Positions 1 to 9,659 of a stretch of DNA of 64,000 bases are shown one piece after another. The stretch is from Candidatus Eiseniibacteriota bacterium (GTDB lineage: Bacteria; Eisenbacteria; RBG-16-71-46; SZUA-252), in NCBI GenBank assembly GCA_963703225.1, contig OY969801.1, forward strand, positions 1,408,001 through 1,472,000, in the 5' to 3' direction. The notes beneath the pieces are model-generated. The model did no database searches, was not told the DNA's origin, and saw only the letters and a program-made list of their open reading frames with translations. Within the stretch, counting starts at the first letter, position 1, and the number at the start of each line of letters is the position of its first letter. The translations under genes and the position numbers were made by a program.

Positions 1-234
1 CACTGCGGAAGCCGAGCCAAAGAAAAACCGCCCCGCCGAGGGCTCGGGGAACACCGGTTGCAGTGTCACGTAGGCGTACTGACATAGCGAACCGAATTGT
101 TCCCTGCGGTGCTCGCGAGAATCGTCCGGTCCTGAGCTGATCCCCTCGACGAGACGACGCAGTTTCACTGGCACCGGATGCACGACGCCTGTGGGGAACA
201 TTGATATCTCCAGGGGCCCCCTCCCCAGGGCCCT
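1..234 (+). ncRNA. Candidate structured non-coding RNA, unassigned family, possibly truncated by the window edge
   Basis: Dense stems: CACTGC 1-6/GCAGTG 60-65, CCGAGCC 12-18/GGCTCGG 41-47, TGTCA 64-68/TGACA 80-84, and a ~103-nt imperfect hairpin at 98-200. A terminator-like hairpin follows at 236-266. An alternative reading is that 2-73 is the 3' end of an upstream CDS. Confidence 0.35.
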
Positions 235-235
235 C

Positions 236-274
236 GAAGGCGCCGAGGCGAGACTTCGGCGCCTTCTCTCATTT
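236..274 (+). terminator. Rho-independent terminator-like hairpin
   Basis: 13-bp stem GAAGGCGCCGAGG/CTTCGGCGCCTTC (one G-U pair) with loop CGAGA, followed by TCTCATTT (weak U tract). Confidence 0.6.
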
Positions 275-301
275 GAATCGCGGTCTCCCCTCTGTTAGCT
301 T
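273..301 (+). promoter_or_regulatory. Sigma70-type promoter for sppA
   Basis: TTGAAT-17 bp-TAGCTT, with TG at the extended -10 position. Confidence 0.55.
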
Positions 302-344
302 TGGCCTGTCGATCGCTTCCAGCAGTGGGACCGGAGAACCCGTC

Positions 345-1241
345 GTGGCGCAGAATCGCTGGCTCCTAGGCTGCGCCCTCCTCATCGCGGGGACGGTGGC
401 GACGGTCGCCCTCGCCTTCCTCGTCGTGAACATGGCGCTGAGCGGGGACCGCCCCAGCCTGAGCGGGCTCACCGGTCGCGTGGGGCTCGTCGAGGTCGTC
501 GGGGAGATCGACGATTCCGAGGCATTCGTCGATCAGATCGAGCGGCTGGAGCGCGATGCGAGCGTGCACGCCGTGGTGATCCGTCTCGACAGCCCGGGAG
601 GCGGCGTCGCCGCGTCCCAGGAGATGTACGAGGCGGTCCGGAAGCTCCGCGGATGAAGGGAAGCCGGTCGTCGCCTCCATGGCGGGCGTCGCCGCCTCGG
701 GCGCGTTCTACCTCGCCTGCGCCGCCGATTCCATCGTCTCGAACCCTGGGACGCTGACCGGGAGCATCGGGGTGATCATGAGCTTCCCGAATACGGAGGA
801 GCTGTTCCGCAAGGTGGGCGTGCGCCTCGAGGTGGTGAAGACCGGAAAGTTCAAGGACGTCGGCTCGATCTGGCGGCCCATGACCGAGGACGAGCGGAAG
901 CTCCTCCAGGATGTTCTGGCGCAACGTGTACGACCAGTTCATCGACGCCATCGCCGAAGGGCGGAGCTTGAATCGCGAGGACATTCTTCCGTACGCCGAT
1001 GGTCGCGTTTTCACCGGCGACCAGGCGTTGGAGTACGGCTTCGTCGACCGCCTCGGGCGATCTGGATGACGCCATCCAGATGGCGGCCAAGATGGGCGGC
1101 ATCCGCGGCAAGCCCTCGGTCGTCCGCAAGGACCGGCGGCGGGTGTCCATTCTCGATTTTCTCGACGAGAAGATGAATCAGCTGGGCGGCGCGACCGGGC
1201 TCTCCTCCTCGGGGCCGCGGTTGGAGTATCGCCTGCGCTGA
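345..1241 (+). CDS. sppA: Signal peptide peptidase SppA (S49, 36K type); frameshifted near 654, 920 and 1055
   Basis: N-terminal TM helix, IRLDSPGG, KPVVASM..VAASGAFY, TLTGSIGV, KTGKFKD and DGRVFTG pieces are spread over successive frames. GGAG precedes the GTG at 345. Confidence 0.9.
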
Positions 1242-1270
1242 TTGACGGGTGGAGTAGCCGGTGCTAGATT
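1242..1270 (+). promoter_or_regulatory. Sigma70-type promoter for HU and the bS22-like gene
   Basis: TTGACG-17 bp-TAGATT, preceded by TGC. Confidence 0.65.
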
Positions 1271-1326
1271 CTTCGCGCGTCGCCGTCCGAATCACGGCCG
1301 GGGGCGAATCCGTGGGGAGGGAATCC

Positions 1327-1607
1327 ATGACCAAGGCCGATCTCGTGGATGAAATTTCGACCCAGACCAAGATTTCGAAGAGCGAGACGGCGACCATCGT
1401 CGATCAGCTGCTCAATGCCATTTCGCGGGCGCTTAAGCGAAGGGAAGCACATCGAGATCCGCGGGTTCGGGACGTTCAAGGTGCGGGAGCGGAAGGCCAC
1501 GGAAGGCGCGGAATCCGCGATCGGGCGCCGAGGTGATGGTCCCCGCCAAGCTGGTCCCGGTGTTCAAGGCTTCCAACGAGCTCAAGGGAGCGGTCCGCAG
1601 CGGCTGA
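1327..1607 (+). CDS. HU/IHF family DNA-binding protein; frameshifted
   Basis: MTKADLVDEIS..., IEIRGFGTFKVRERK, and VPAKLVPVFKASNELK across three frames. SD GGAGG. Confidence 0.9.
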
Positions 1608-1630
1608 GCGCGCGCGGACAAAGGAGAGCG

Positions 1631-1726
1631 ATGGGAAGCGGAAAAAAGCGCAAGCGCAAGAAGATCGCCACGCACAAGCGGAAGAAGCGTCTCCGCAGAG
1701 ATCGACACAAGAAGCGGCTCCGTTGA
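1631..1726 (+). CDS. 31-aa basic small ribosomal protein, bS22/AURKAIP1-COX24 (mS38) family
   Basis: MGSGKKRKRKKIATHKRKKRLRRDRHKKRLR with a strong SD (AAGGAG at 1621). Confidence 0.85.
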   Translation: MGSGKKRKRKKIATHKRKKRLRRDRHKKRLR

Positions 1727-1825
1727 TCGGGTGATTTCCCGGCTCGGTCCACGTCGCCGCGTCGGCGGCACTCGGCCCGGCCCGTCCCAGTCCAGGACGG
1801 CCGGGCCGGATTGTTTGGAGCCGTG

Positions 1826-3800
1826 ATGCGGCGAACCCTCGTCGGGCGGCTTCATGCACCCGATTCGGCTACGGGTTCGTCCGGGTGGACGACGGCGGCG
1901 AGGATCTCTTCATCCCCCCGCCCGCGATGGGCGGCGCGCTCCACGGCGATCGCGTGCGGGCCGGCTTTCTGCGAGACGCGGCGGGAAGGCGACGCGCACG
2001 AGGTGATCGAAGTTCTCGAGCGCACCCGCGTACGGGATCGTCGGGCGATTCGAGGGACGGGGCCGGCGTGCCCTTCTCTTTCCCGAGCGCCCCGAGTATC
2101 CCCGCGAGATCCTCGTCACGCTGCACGCGCGGAAGCACGTTCCATCGGGGGCTCGCGTCCTCGTCCGCCTCGTCCCGACCCCTCCCGAGCCTCTGGTGGG
2201 GCACGTGGAAGCGATCTTTGCCGACGATGATGCCCGCGAGGACAGCCTGCTCGTCGCGCTGGAGGAGGGGATCCGGATCGAGTTCGACGGCGAGGCGGAG
2301 CGGGAGGCCGCCTCCTTCGGCGCCGAATCGGTGTCGCACGCGGCGCACAACCGGGCCGATTTTCGCTCCGGGCTCGTCCTCACGATCGACCCCGCCGACG
2401 CGAAGGACCACGACGACGCGCTCTCGATCGTCGAAGCCGAGCCTGGGGGCGGGGCCGCGGTCGGCATCCATATCGCGGACGTGACGCACTACGTCCGACC
2501 CGAGAGCGCGCTCGACCGCGAGGCGCAGTCGCGGGGAACCAGCGTCTACCTCGCCGACGCGACGTATCCGATGCTCCCGTCGGCGCTCTCCTCCGGGCTC
2601 TGCAGCCTCTCCGAGGGGGTCGACAGGCTCACGGTGAGCGTCATCGCCGAATTGGGCGCGGACGGCGCTCTCCGCGGCGCGCGCGTCGTGGAGGGGGTGA
2701 TCCGGAGCGACGCGTCGCTCAGCTACCCCGAGGCGCACCGCCTGCTGCGGGAGGGGGTAGGAGAGCGGGCCGAGGCGCTCCGGACGCTCGACCGGTTGGC
2801 CAAGTCGCTCCGTGCGCGGCGGCTCGAGCGCGGGGGGCTGGAGCTGGACTTGCCGGAGATCAAGCCCGAGCTCGATTCGAGGGGCGAGCCGATCACGTTC
2901 GATGAGGTCTCTCGCCTTCCGACGCACGAGCTGATCGAGGAGTTCATGCTCCTCGCCAACCAGGTCGTCGGGCACCGAGCGCGATCGATGGAGCTTCCCT
3001 TTCTTTACCGGATTCACGAGCGGCCGCGCTATGATAAGCTGCGTGCCTTCTTCGAGGCGGCGCGCTACCTCGGCCGCCAGGGCCCGGCGCAGATCGTCAC
3101 CGACGCGAAGCAGCTTCGCCGGTGGATCTCGCACGGGAAGAGCGCCAAGGATCGGCTCCTGAACATGCATCTCCTTCGCGCTCTCGAGAAGGCACGGTAC
3201 GACTTGGTCGACGTGGGGCACTTCGGACTGGGGATGGACGGCTACGCCCATTTCACGTCTCCCATACGAAGATATCCCGATCTGGCCAATCACCGGATGG
3301 TGAAGCGATTTCTCATCGAAGGCGCGCGCCCGGGAGGCGATCCCTGGAAGTTCGCGGCCGGGTGGCTCGATGCGTCGATCGCGGCGCGCTCCTCGGACGC
3401 GGAGATCTCGGCCGACGATGCCGAACGGGCGGTCGAGAAGAGAAAGGCGGTACGGTTCGCGCTGCAGCGCCTGGGGGAGGAAGCCCGGGGCGTGATCTCG
3501 GGGGTGACCCCGGGCGGGCTTTTTGTATGGATCGAAGGGTGGCGCATCGAGGGCTTCTTGCCGAAGCGATCGATCGGGGATCCTTCCCTCACCCTCGCGG
3601 AGCATGGATTTTCTCTTCGCTCGAAGCGATCGAGACACCGCTTCGGGCTCGGTGACTCGGTCCCGGTCATGGTCGTCCGCGCGGACCTGGATCGTCGCGA
3701 AGTGGAACTGGGTCTGGCCCGCCGCGCGGGGGCGAAGGCCGGGCGCGCGAAGCGCGCGGAGCGACGGGCCTCCGCGCCCGGACGACGAGGCCGCCGGTAG
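1826..3800 (+). CDS. rnr: RNase R / RNB family exoribonuclease; frameshifts in the 5' cold-shock part
   Basis: GYGFV..EDLFIPP..ALHGDRV cold-shock domain, TIDPADAKDHDDALS, IEEFMLLAN, HFTSPIRRYPDL, a C-terminal S1 domain and a basic tail. Confidence 0.9.
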
Positions 3801-3821
3801 TGGCGGGTCCCCGACAAGGAG

Positions 3822-4265
3822 ATGGGAATGACGAAGCCTACGCGTGAGCGACGGAAGTCGCCGCGCATACCGGCCAAGCTCGCCATGCAGGTCGCGGGGC
3901 AGGACGACGCGTCGGTCCTGACGACCGAAAGCATCAACCTCTCGTCGAGCGGCATCCAGTTCGGGAGCCGCGTCTTCCTCTCGCCGCTGACCAAGGTCGC
4001 CCTGACGCTCCTCTTGCCGCCCTTCGGGAGTCGGCTGCGACGCGAGCGAATGCTCCAATGCGAGGGCGTGATCGTCCGCTGCGAGGAGCGGACAGGGCCG
4101 GGGCAAAAGCTCCGCTACGAGCTGGCCTGCTATTTCACCGATCTCGCGCAGGGGGATCGGGACCTGATCGAGCAGTACGTGGTCTGGCGCAGCATCCGCC
4201 GCCTTCCTTCGGTGAACGGAGAGGACCTCACGCCCAAGCCGCGGCGGAAGTCCGCCGCCCCCTGA
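3822..4265 (+). CDS. PilZ domain protein (c-di-GMP receptor)
   Basis: RERRKSPR (RxxxR) and NLSSSG ([D/N]xSxxG) motifs. SD AAGGAG. Confidence 0.8.
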   Translation: MGMTKPTRERRKSPRIPAKLAMQVAGQDDASVLTTESINLSSSGIQFGSRVFLSPLTKVALTLLLPPFGSRLRRERMLQCEGVIVRCEERTGPGQKLRYELACYFTDLAQGDRDLIEQYVVWRSIRRLPSVNGEDLTPKPRRKSAAP

Positions 4266-4349
4266 AGGCCGGAACCCGGGGCCCCACCCGAGGGTAGTGC
4301 CTGGGGCAGGCATCGTCCCCCAGGGGAGGAGATCCGGCTGCCATCCAAG

Positions 4350-5384
4350 ATGGGCACCCCAACCACACAAACGCCGCTCCACCGCTCGTTCGGCCTCCTG
4401 ATTCTGGCCGCGATCCTCTGGCCCGCTCCCGGAATGGCGACGCGTTACGCCGGCGAATTTCTCCGAATCGGGGTTGGCGCGCGGGCCCTGGGCATGGGGA
4501 GCGCGTTCGCCGGGCTGGCCGATGACGGCACCGCGGCCTTCTGGAACCCGGCGGGCCTCGCCACGCTCCAGAACCGCGAGGTGACCTTCATGCACGCCGA
4601 GCAGTTCGGCTCGATCGTGAAATACGATTTTCTTTCTTACACCATGCCCATCAGCCCACCGGGAAAACCGAAGCAGGCCCTGGCCGTCTCGCTCATCCGC
4701 CTCGGCGTCGACGACATCCCCGACACCCGGGGCCTCGAGCTGGCCTGGGACGCGAACGGGAACGGAAAATTCGACTACCCCGAGGACCGACTGATCGTGG
4801 ACGAGAGTCGGTTCGTCTTCAACAGCGACAACGATTGGGCCCTCCTCTTCAGCTACTCGCGCCAACTCGGGAACAAGTTCTCTCTCGGCGGGAATTTGAA
4901 AGTCATCCGGCAGTGGCTGGGGGACAGCCTTCGGTCGACCGGCTTTGGGCTGGACCTGGGCGCTCTCTACGTCGGGAAAAGCGGTTGGTCCGCCGGCGCG
5001 AAGCTGACCGACGCGACGACCACCCGCATCCTCTGGAATACGGGAACCAACGAATACATCTCGCCCTCGCTCCGCGTGGGAGGCGCGAAGACCCACTCCT
5101 TCAAGAACCATCGCCACACGATCACGGCGGCGCTCGATGTCCAGGTCGGCTTCGCCGATGAGCAGCTCTCCAGCCAGGCCAACCTCGGATCGATGACGTT
5201 CGAGTTCCATCCCGGTCTCGAGTATTGGCTGGAGCGAAGGGTCGCGCTCCGGGCGGGCTTCGAGGCACAGAACTTCTCGGCAGGTGCCGGATTTCGGATC
5301 AAGAAATTCGGGGTCGACTACGCGTACCTCGACCATCAAGATTTGGACTCCAGCCACCGCATCTCGGCTTTGTTCGCATTCTAG
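4350..5384 (+). CDS. PorV/PorQ-family outer-membrane beta-barrel
   Basis: Signal peptide, FLRIGVGARALGMGSAF..DDGTAAFWNPAGL, and C-terminal DYAY..SHRISALFAF ending in Phe. Confidence 0.85.
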   Translation: MGTPTTQTPLHRSFGLLILAAILWPAPGMATRYAGEFLRIGVGARALGMGSAFAGLADDGTAAFWNPAGLATLQNREVTFMHAEQFGSIVKYDFLSYTMPISPPGKPKQALAVSLIRLGVDDIPDTRGLELAWDANGNGKFDYPEDRLIVDESRFVFNSDNDWALLFSYSRQLGNKFSLGGNLKVIRQWLGDSLRSTGFGLDLGALYVGKSGWSAGAKLTDATTTRILWNTGTNEYISPSLRVGGAKTHSFKNHRHTITAALDVQVGFADEQLSSQANLGSMTFEFHPGLEYWLERRVALRAGFEAQNFSAGAGFRIKKFGVDYAYLDHQDLDSSHRISALFAF

Positions 5385-5409
5385 AAATCGATCGGCCGGG
5401 GGGCCGCGC

Positions 5410-6684
5410 GTGACCGTCGCACCTTCGATCCTCGTGCTCGTGCTCGCATCCGGGAGGAACGAGAGGCTCCACGCGCTGGCGCGCATGCGCCCGGCGTCGG
5501 CGCTCCCCTTCGGCGGCAAGTACCGGATCATCGACTTCACCCTTTCCAACTGCGTCCACTCGGGCCTGACGCGCGTCGGTGTCCTGACCCAATACGCCCC
5601 GCTCTCGCTCCAGGGGCATATCGGGATCGGCCGCGCCTGGGACCTCGATCGCCGGGATGGCGGAATCCGCCTGCTGCAGCCCTACGTCCGGCAACGGGAG
5701 ACCAACTGGTACCGGGGAACGGCCGACGCCCTGGTCCAGAATCGGAACGTCATCGCCGATGCCCAAGCGCGGCATATCCTCGTTCTCTCGGGCGATCAGA
5801 TCTACAAAATGGACTTCGGGCCGCTGATCCAGCGGCACGAGTCGCGGAGGGCGGCCCTCACCATCGTCACCACGCGCCGTCCGGACGGGGAGCCGGGTCA
5901 CTACGTCGACGTCGAAACCGATTCGACGGGCAAGGTGCGCGCGCTCGGGGAACGCCCGGGCAGCACGCCTGGCGTCGCCGTCTCCACCTCGATCTACCTG
6001 TTTCGGGCGCGAGAGCTCACTCGCCGCCTGGACCACCCGAACGTGGGTGTCGATCTGCTCTCGGACGTGATCCGGCCGATGATCGCGGAGGGGCATCCGG
6101 TCTACGCCGAGCCGCTCGATGGATACTGGCGCGACGTGGCCACCATCGACGCGTACTACGAGACGAGCATGGACCTCCTCCGGCCGCTCCCGCCGCTCAA
6201 TCTCCACGATCCCGACTGGCTCATCTACACCCCCAGCGAGGACCGGGCCCCATCACTCCTGGGCGGCCACGGGGACGTGACCTCGAGCCTGGTCGCCCAT
6301 GGCGGCCGCATCGAGGGCGTCGTGCGTCGATCGATCCTCTTTCCCGGGGTGCACGTGGGTGCCGACGCGGTGGTCGAGGACTCGATTGTCATGCACGACA
6401 CCCGCATTCTTCCCGGCGCCCGGCTGAACCGGGCGATCGTCGACAAGAAGGTGCGCGTGGGGGAGGGGGCGGAGGTGGGCCTCGGCGAGGGCGGCCCCCA
6501 CCGCCAGCATCCCCGCGATCTCGGCTCCGGGCTCACGCTCGTCGGGAAGGGAGCCGAGATTCCGGCCGGCGCGCGAATCGGCCGAAATTCACTGGTCGAG
6601 GCCGGGGTGCGCGAATCGGATTTCTCGCGGGACCGGATTCCGCCGGGCTCCACCGTCGGCCCGGGCGGGGGGATGGCCGGGTGA
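5410..6684 (+). CDS. ADP-glucose pyrophosphorylase paralog with degenerate catalytic motifs (GlgD-like)
   Basis: PFGGKYRIIDF, WYRGTADA and a left-handed beta-helix are present. GGxGxRL is altered to SGRNERL, RAKPAV to RPASAL, and FxEKP to LGERP. Confidence 0.8.
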   Translation: MTVAPSILVLVLASGRNERLHALARMRPASALPFGGKYRIIDFTLSNCVHSGLTRVGVLTQYAPLSLQGHIGIGRAWDLDRRDGGIRLLQPYVRQRETNWYRGTADALVQNRNVIADAQARHILVLSGDQIYKMDFGPLIQRHESRRAALTIVTTRRPDGEPGHYVDVETDSTGKVRALGERPGSTPGVAVSTSIYLFRARELTRRLDHPNVGVDLLSDVIRPMIAEGHPVYAEPLDGYWRDVATIDAYYETSMDLLRPLPPLNLHDPDWLIYTPSEDRAPSLLGGHGDVTSSLVAHGGRIEGVVRRSILFPGVHVGADAVVEDSIVMHDTRILPGARLNRAIVDKKVRVGEGAEVGLGEGGPHRQHPRDLGSGLTLVGKGAEIPAGARIGRNSLVEAGVRESDFSRDRIPPGSTVGPGGGMAG

Positions 6685-7988
6685 GCTTTATCTCCTACGC
6701 CATGATCCTCGCCGGCGGCCTCGGCAGCAGGCTCTGCCTCCTCTCGGAGAAGAGGGCCAAGCCCGCGGTGCCGTTCGGCGGCAAATACCGGATCATCGAC
6801 TACACGCTCTCCAACTGCGTGAACTCCGGGGTCTTCGACATCAGCATCCTCGCCCAGTACCGACCTCTCTCCCTGCGCGACCACATCGGCATCGGTCGTC
6901 CCTGGGATCTGGATCGGAAACGGGGAGGCGTCGAGCTCCTGCAGCCGTTTCAGGGATGGAGCGAGAACGATTGGTACCGCGGGACCGCCGACGCGGTCTG
7001 GCAGAATCGGGACCGGCTGGCCGAGCGCGAGGCGGAGCATCTGCTGGTGCTTTCCGGGGACCACGTCTACCGGATGGACTACCGGCCGATGATCGAGGCC
7101 CATCTCGAGCGCGGCGCCGACGCCACCGTCGCGACCGCCGAGGTGCCGATCGAGCAGGCCTCGCAGTTCGGCGTGGTCCGCACCGACGCGTCCGGATGGA
7201 TCACCGGATTCCTGGAGAAGCCCAAGGATCCGCCCGCGGGCACGATCTCCATGGGGGTCTACGCGTTTCGCGTGGCGGCGCTCTTGGAGTCCCTCGAGCG
7301 AGACGCCGGCCGAAATTCGGCGCACGATTTTGGCAGAAACATACTCCCCGAGATGGTCGGGGGAGGCCGCGTCCTGAGCCACGCGTTCCCGGGCTACTGG
7401 CAGGACATCGGCACGCTCGATTCGTACTACCGGGCGAACCTCGACCTGCTCCGCGAGGCCCCGCCATTTCCACTCGAGGATCCTCGGTGGCCGATCTTCA
7501 CGCCGAGCACGGAGAACCCCCCCGCGCGGATCGGTCCCCGGGCCAGGGTCCGGTCCTCGATCGTCACCCACGGGACGATCGTGAATGGAACGGTCGAGCG
7601 GTCGGTGCTGTTTCCGGGGACGGTCGTGGAGGAGGGGGCGGTGGTCCGCGAGTCGATCCTCATGGGGGATTCGTGGATCGGCCCTGGCGCCGCGCTCGAT
7701 CGCGTCATCTGCGACAAGCGCGTGCACGTCGGACGCGGCGCCGTGGTCGGGACCGGGCCGATGATCCCCAATCGCTCATGCCCGGAGCACCTGAGCTCCG
7801 GGATCACGATCCTCGGAAAGGAGACCCGCGTGCCCGAGGGGATCTCCATCGGGAGGAACGCGCGGATCGCCCCGGACCTGGTCGAGGATGATTTTCCTTC
7901 CGGTGGGATTCCGAGTGGAGACGTGCTCGAGCGGGGGAGCGGCCCCTCGCCGGTGCCGGCCGACAAGCGCGGGGCTAGCGGACCCTGA
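6681..7988 (+). CDS. glgC: Glucose-1-phosphate adenylyltransferase
   Basis: ILAGGLGSRL, RAKPAVPFGG, WYRGTADA, FLEKP, DFG and YWQDIGT. GTGA overlap with the upstream paralog. Confidence 0.9.
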   Translation: MSFISYAMILAGGLGSRLCLLSEKRAKPAVPFGGKYRIIDYTLSNCVNSGVFDISILAQYRPLSLRDHIGIGRPWDLDRKRGGVELLQPFQGWSENDWYRGTADAVWQNRDRLAEREAEHLLVLSGDHVYRMDYRPMIEAHLERGADATVATAEVPIEQASQFGVVRTDASGWITGFLEKPKDPPAGTISMGVYAFRVAALLESLERDAGRNSAHDFGRNILPEMVGGGRVLSHAFPGYWQDIGTLDSYYRANLDLLREAPPFPLEDPRWPIFTPSTENPPARIGPRARVRSSIVTHGTIVNGTVERSVLFPGTVVEEGAVVRESILMGDSWIGPGAALDRVICDKRVHVGRGAVVGTGPMIPNRSCPEHLSSGITILGKETRVPEGISIGRNARIAPDLVEDDFPSGGIPSGDVLERGSGPSPVPADKRGASGP

Positions 7989-9360
7989 GCCTCTGCCCGG
8001 CGCGAATCTGGCCCGCGTCCGAGAGACCGTTGATTCGGACGAGCCGGCTCGTGCTCGTCCCGTAGCGGTGCCCGATCTGCGAGAGCGTTTCGCCCCGACG
8101 GACGACGTGCGTTCCCGATCGGCTCCGCCGGGACGGCTGCCTCAACTCGAGCCGGTGAGCGCGGGCGGCCGCCTTCAGCTCGCTCTTCGTCATGGGCTTG
8201 GGGCTGTACGTCGTCTCGAGCGCCAGCTGGACTTCCTCGCCCATTCCGTGCGGAACCCTCAGGGACGTTCCCTCCTTCTCCCCGGGCGCGCGGTGGCGCA
8301 CGAGCGAAGGATTGAGCCGCTCCAGCTCCGCGATCTCCACGCCGCTCACGCGGGCGACCTCCTGGATGTCGATCGGCCCTTCCAGAAGTACTTCGTCGTA
8401 ACGAAGCGGCGAGTTCTCGGGCACCTCAAAGCCGTAGCGCTCGGGGTCGGAGGCGATCTCCATCGCGGCGAGAAACTTCGGAACGTAGTCCTTGGTCTCC
8501 CGGGGAAGTCGCAGCTCCCAGAAGTCGTTCGTTCTTTGGCGCTTGATCGCGCGCTGCACCGTCCCCTCGCCCGAATTGTACGCGGCGAGGGCGAGCGGCC
8601 ATGAACCGTCGAACATCTCGTAGAGCCGGCGTAGGTAGCGCGCCGCGGCGCGGGTCGCAAGCTCCGGGTCCCGCCGCTCATCCTTGTAGGGCGTCATCTC
8701 GAGGCCGAACAGCCGCGCGGTCCCGCGGACGAATTGCCAGGGCCCGACGGCGCGCGCGACGGATTTGGCGTGCATGTTGAATCCGCTCTCGACGAAGACC
8801 AGGTTCGCGAGCTCCTCGGGAACCCCCTCGGCGCGGAGATTTTTCGTCAACAGATCCATGTACGACGCGGAGCGCGTAATCCAGAGCTGGAATCGATCCC
8901 GGCCCCGCCCGGTGTAGTACTCGATCCAGGCATCGACGCGGTCGTTTCGCTCGGGCTCCACGGGCCCCAGTTTCGGGAGCGGGCTGGGGGCCCCGTCGGC
9001 GATGTCGGCCTCGTCGTCCGCCGAGCGCGCACACCGGTCGCGGAGGTCCTCGAGCTTGTCGCGAAGCGAGGCCACCCCGGGACGGGACGGCGGGAAGTCG
9101 CGCAGGTCCTCCAGCGCCTCTTCCGCGAGGTCAAAGGCCTCCGTGGCGTCTCCCGATTGGGCGAGGCCCTCGGCCTTCGAGAGCTTGGCCCGAACCGGCG
9201 TGAGCGGATCCGGATCGGCCGGCTTGGCGGCGGAGACTTCGGCCGGCGCCTGACTCCAGCCTGGCATATCGGGACCAAATACGGTCGCGCCCGCTGGAAC
9301 AGCGGTTGCGATCGCCAGAATGGCCAACAGGATTGTTTGGAGCGAGCGGTTACTGTTCAA
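7975..9360 (-). CDS. MltD-like lytic transglycosylase with LysM
   Basis: Signal peptide, VESGFN..AVGPWQF, LALAAYNSGEG, ETKDYV and a C-terminal LysM (HVVRRGETLSQI). GGAGG precedes the TTG at 9360. Confidence 0.9.
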   Translation of the reverse strand: MNSNRSLQTILLAILAIATAVPAGATVFGPDMPGWSQAPAEVSAAKPADPDPLTPVRAKLSKAEGLAQSGDATEAFDLAEEALEDLRDFPPSRPGVASLRDKLEDLRDRCARSADDEADIADGAPSPLPKLGPVEPERNDRVDAWIEYYTGRGRDRFQLWITRSASYMDLLTKNLRAEGVPEELANLVFVESGFNMHAKSVARAVGPWQFVRGTARLFGLEMTPYKDERRDPELATRAAARYLRRLYEMFDGSWPLALAAYNSGEGTVQRAIKRQRTNDFWELRLPRETKDYVPKFLAAMEIASDPERYGFEVPENSPLRYDEVLLEGPIDIQEVARVSGVEIAELERLNPSLVRHRAPGEKEGTSLRVPHGMGEEVQLALETTYSPKPMTKSELKAAARAHRLELRQPSRRSRSGTHVVRRGETLSQIGHRYGTSTSRLVRINGLSDAGQIRAGQRLRVR

Positions 9361-9478
9361 CGAGGCCTCCGCGTGGGAGATTTTGGGCCGATCGGACTCG
9401 AGGCCACGTTGGTGGAGCCGTCCGACCGACGCTTCCTGCCGCTCTCTGCCCTGAAACTTGGGAACGCGGAACTGATGC

Positions 9479-9507
9479 ACGCTACTGGTCTTTCGTGCAA
9501 AATGCAA
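9479..9507 (-). promoter_or_regulatory. Possible sigma70 promoter for the MltD-like gene
   Basis: On -, TTGCAT-17 bp-TAGCGT. Confidence 0.4.
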
Positions 9508-9624
9508 GCGTTGCCCGCCCAACCCGGCCTTTTGATCTTCGATCGGGCCAAGATAGGGGGCCGAATCCGGTCCCTAAGCCTTTTTGTTGCAAGCCATATG
9601 CCACTCGCGGAGGGAACCCTGTTG

Positions 9625-9653
9625 TTGACACATTCCCAACCCCTTCCTATTCT
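9625..9653 (+). promoter_or_regulatory. Sigma70 promoter, probably leaderless
   Basis: TTGACA-17 bp-TATTCT. The GTG start is 6 nt downstream and there is no SD. Confidence 0.7.
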
Positions 9654-9659
9654 GCGGGC

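Noticed and set aside
98..200. SRP (4.5S) RNA or tmRNA
   Set aside because: The size fits SRP, but the CAGG-GNRA-AGCAG domain IV motif is absent on both strands. There is no tRNA-like T-arm or CCA end.
1869..5549. 1226-aa ORF on the - strand
   Set aside because: Antisense shadow of rnr, PilZ and the PorV-like gene. It has no motifs, and long stop-free reverse frames are expected at this GC content.
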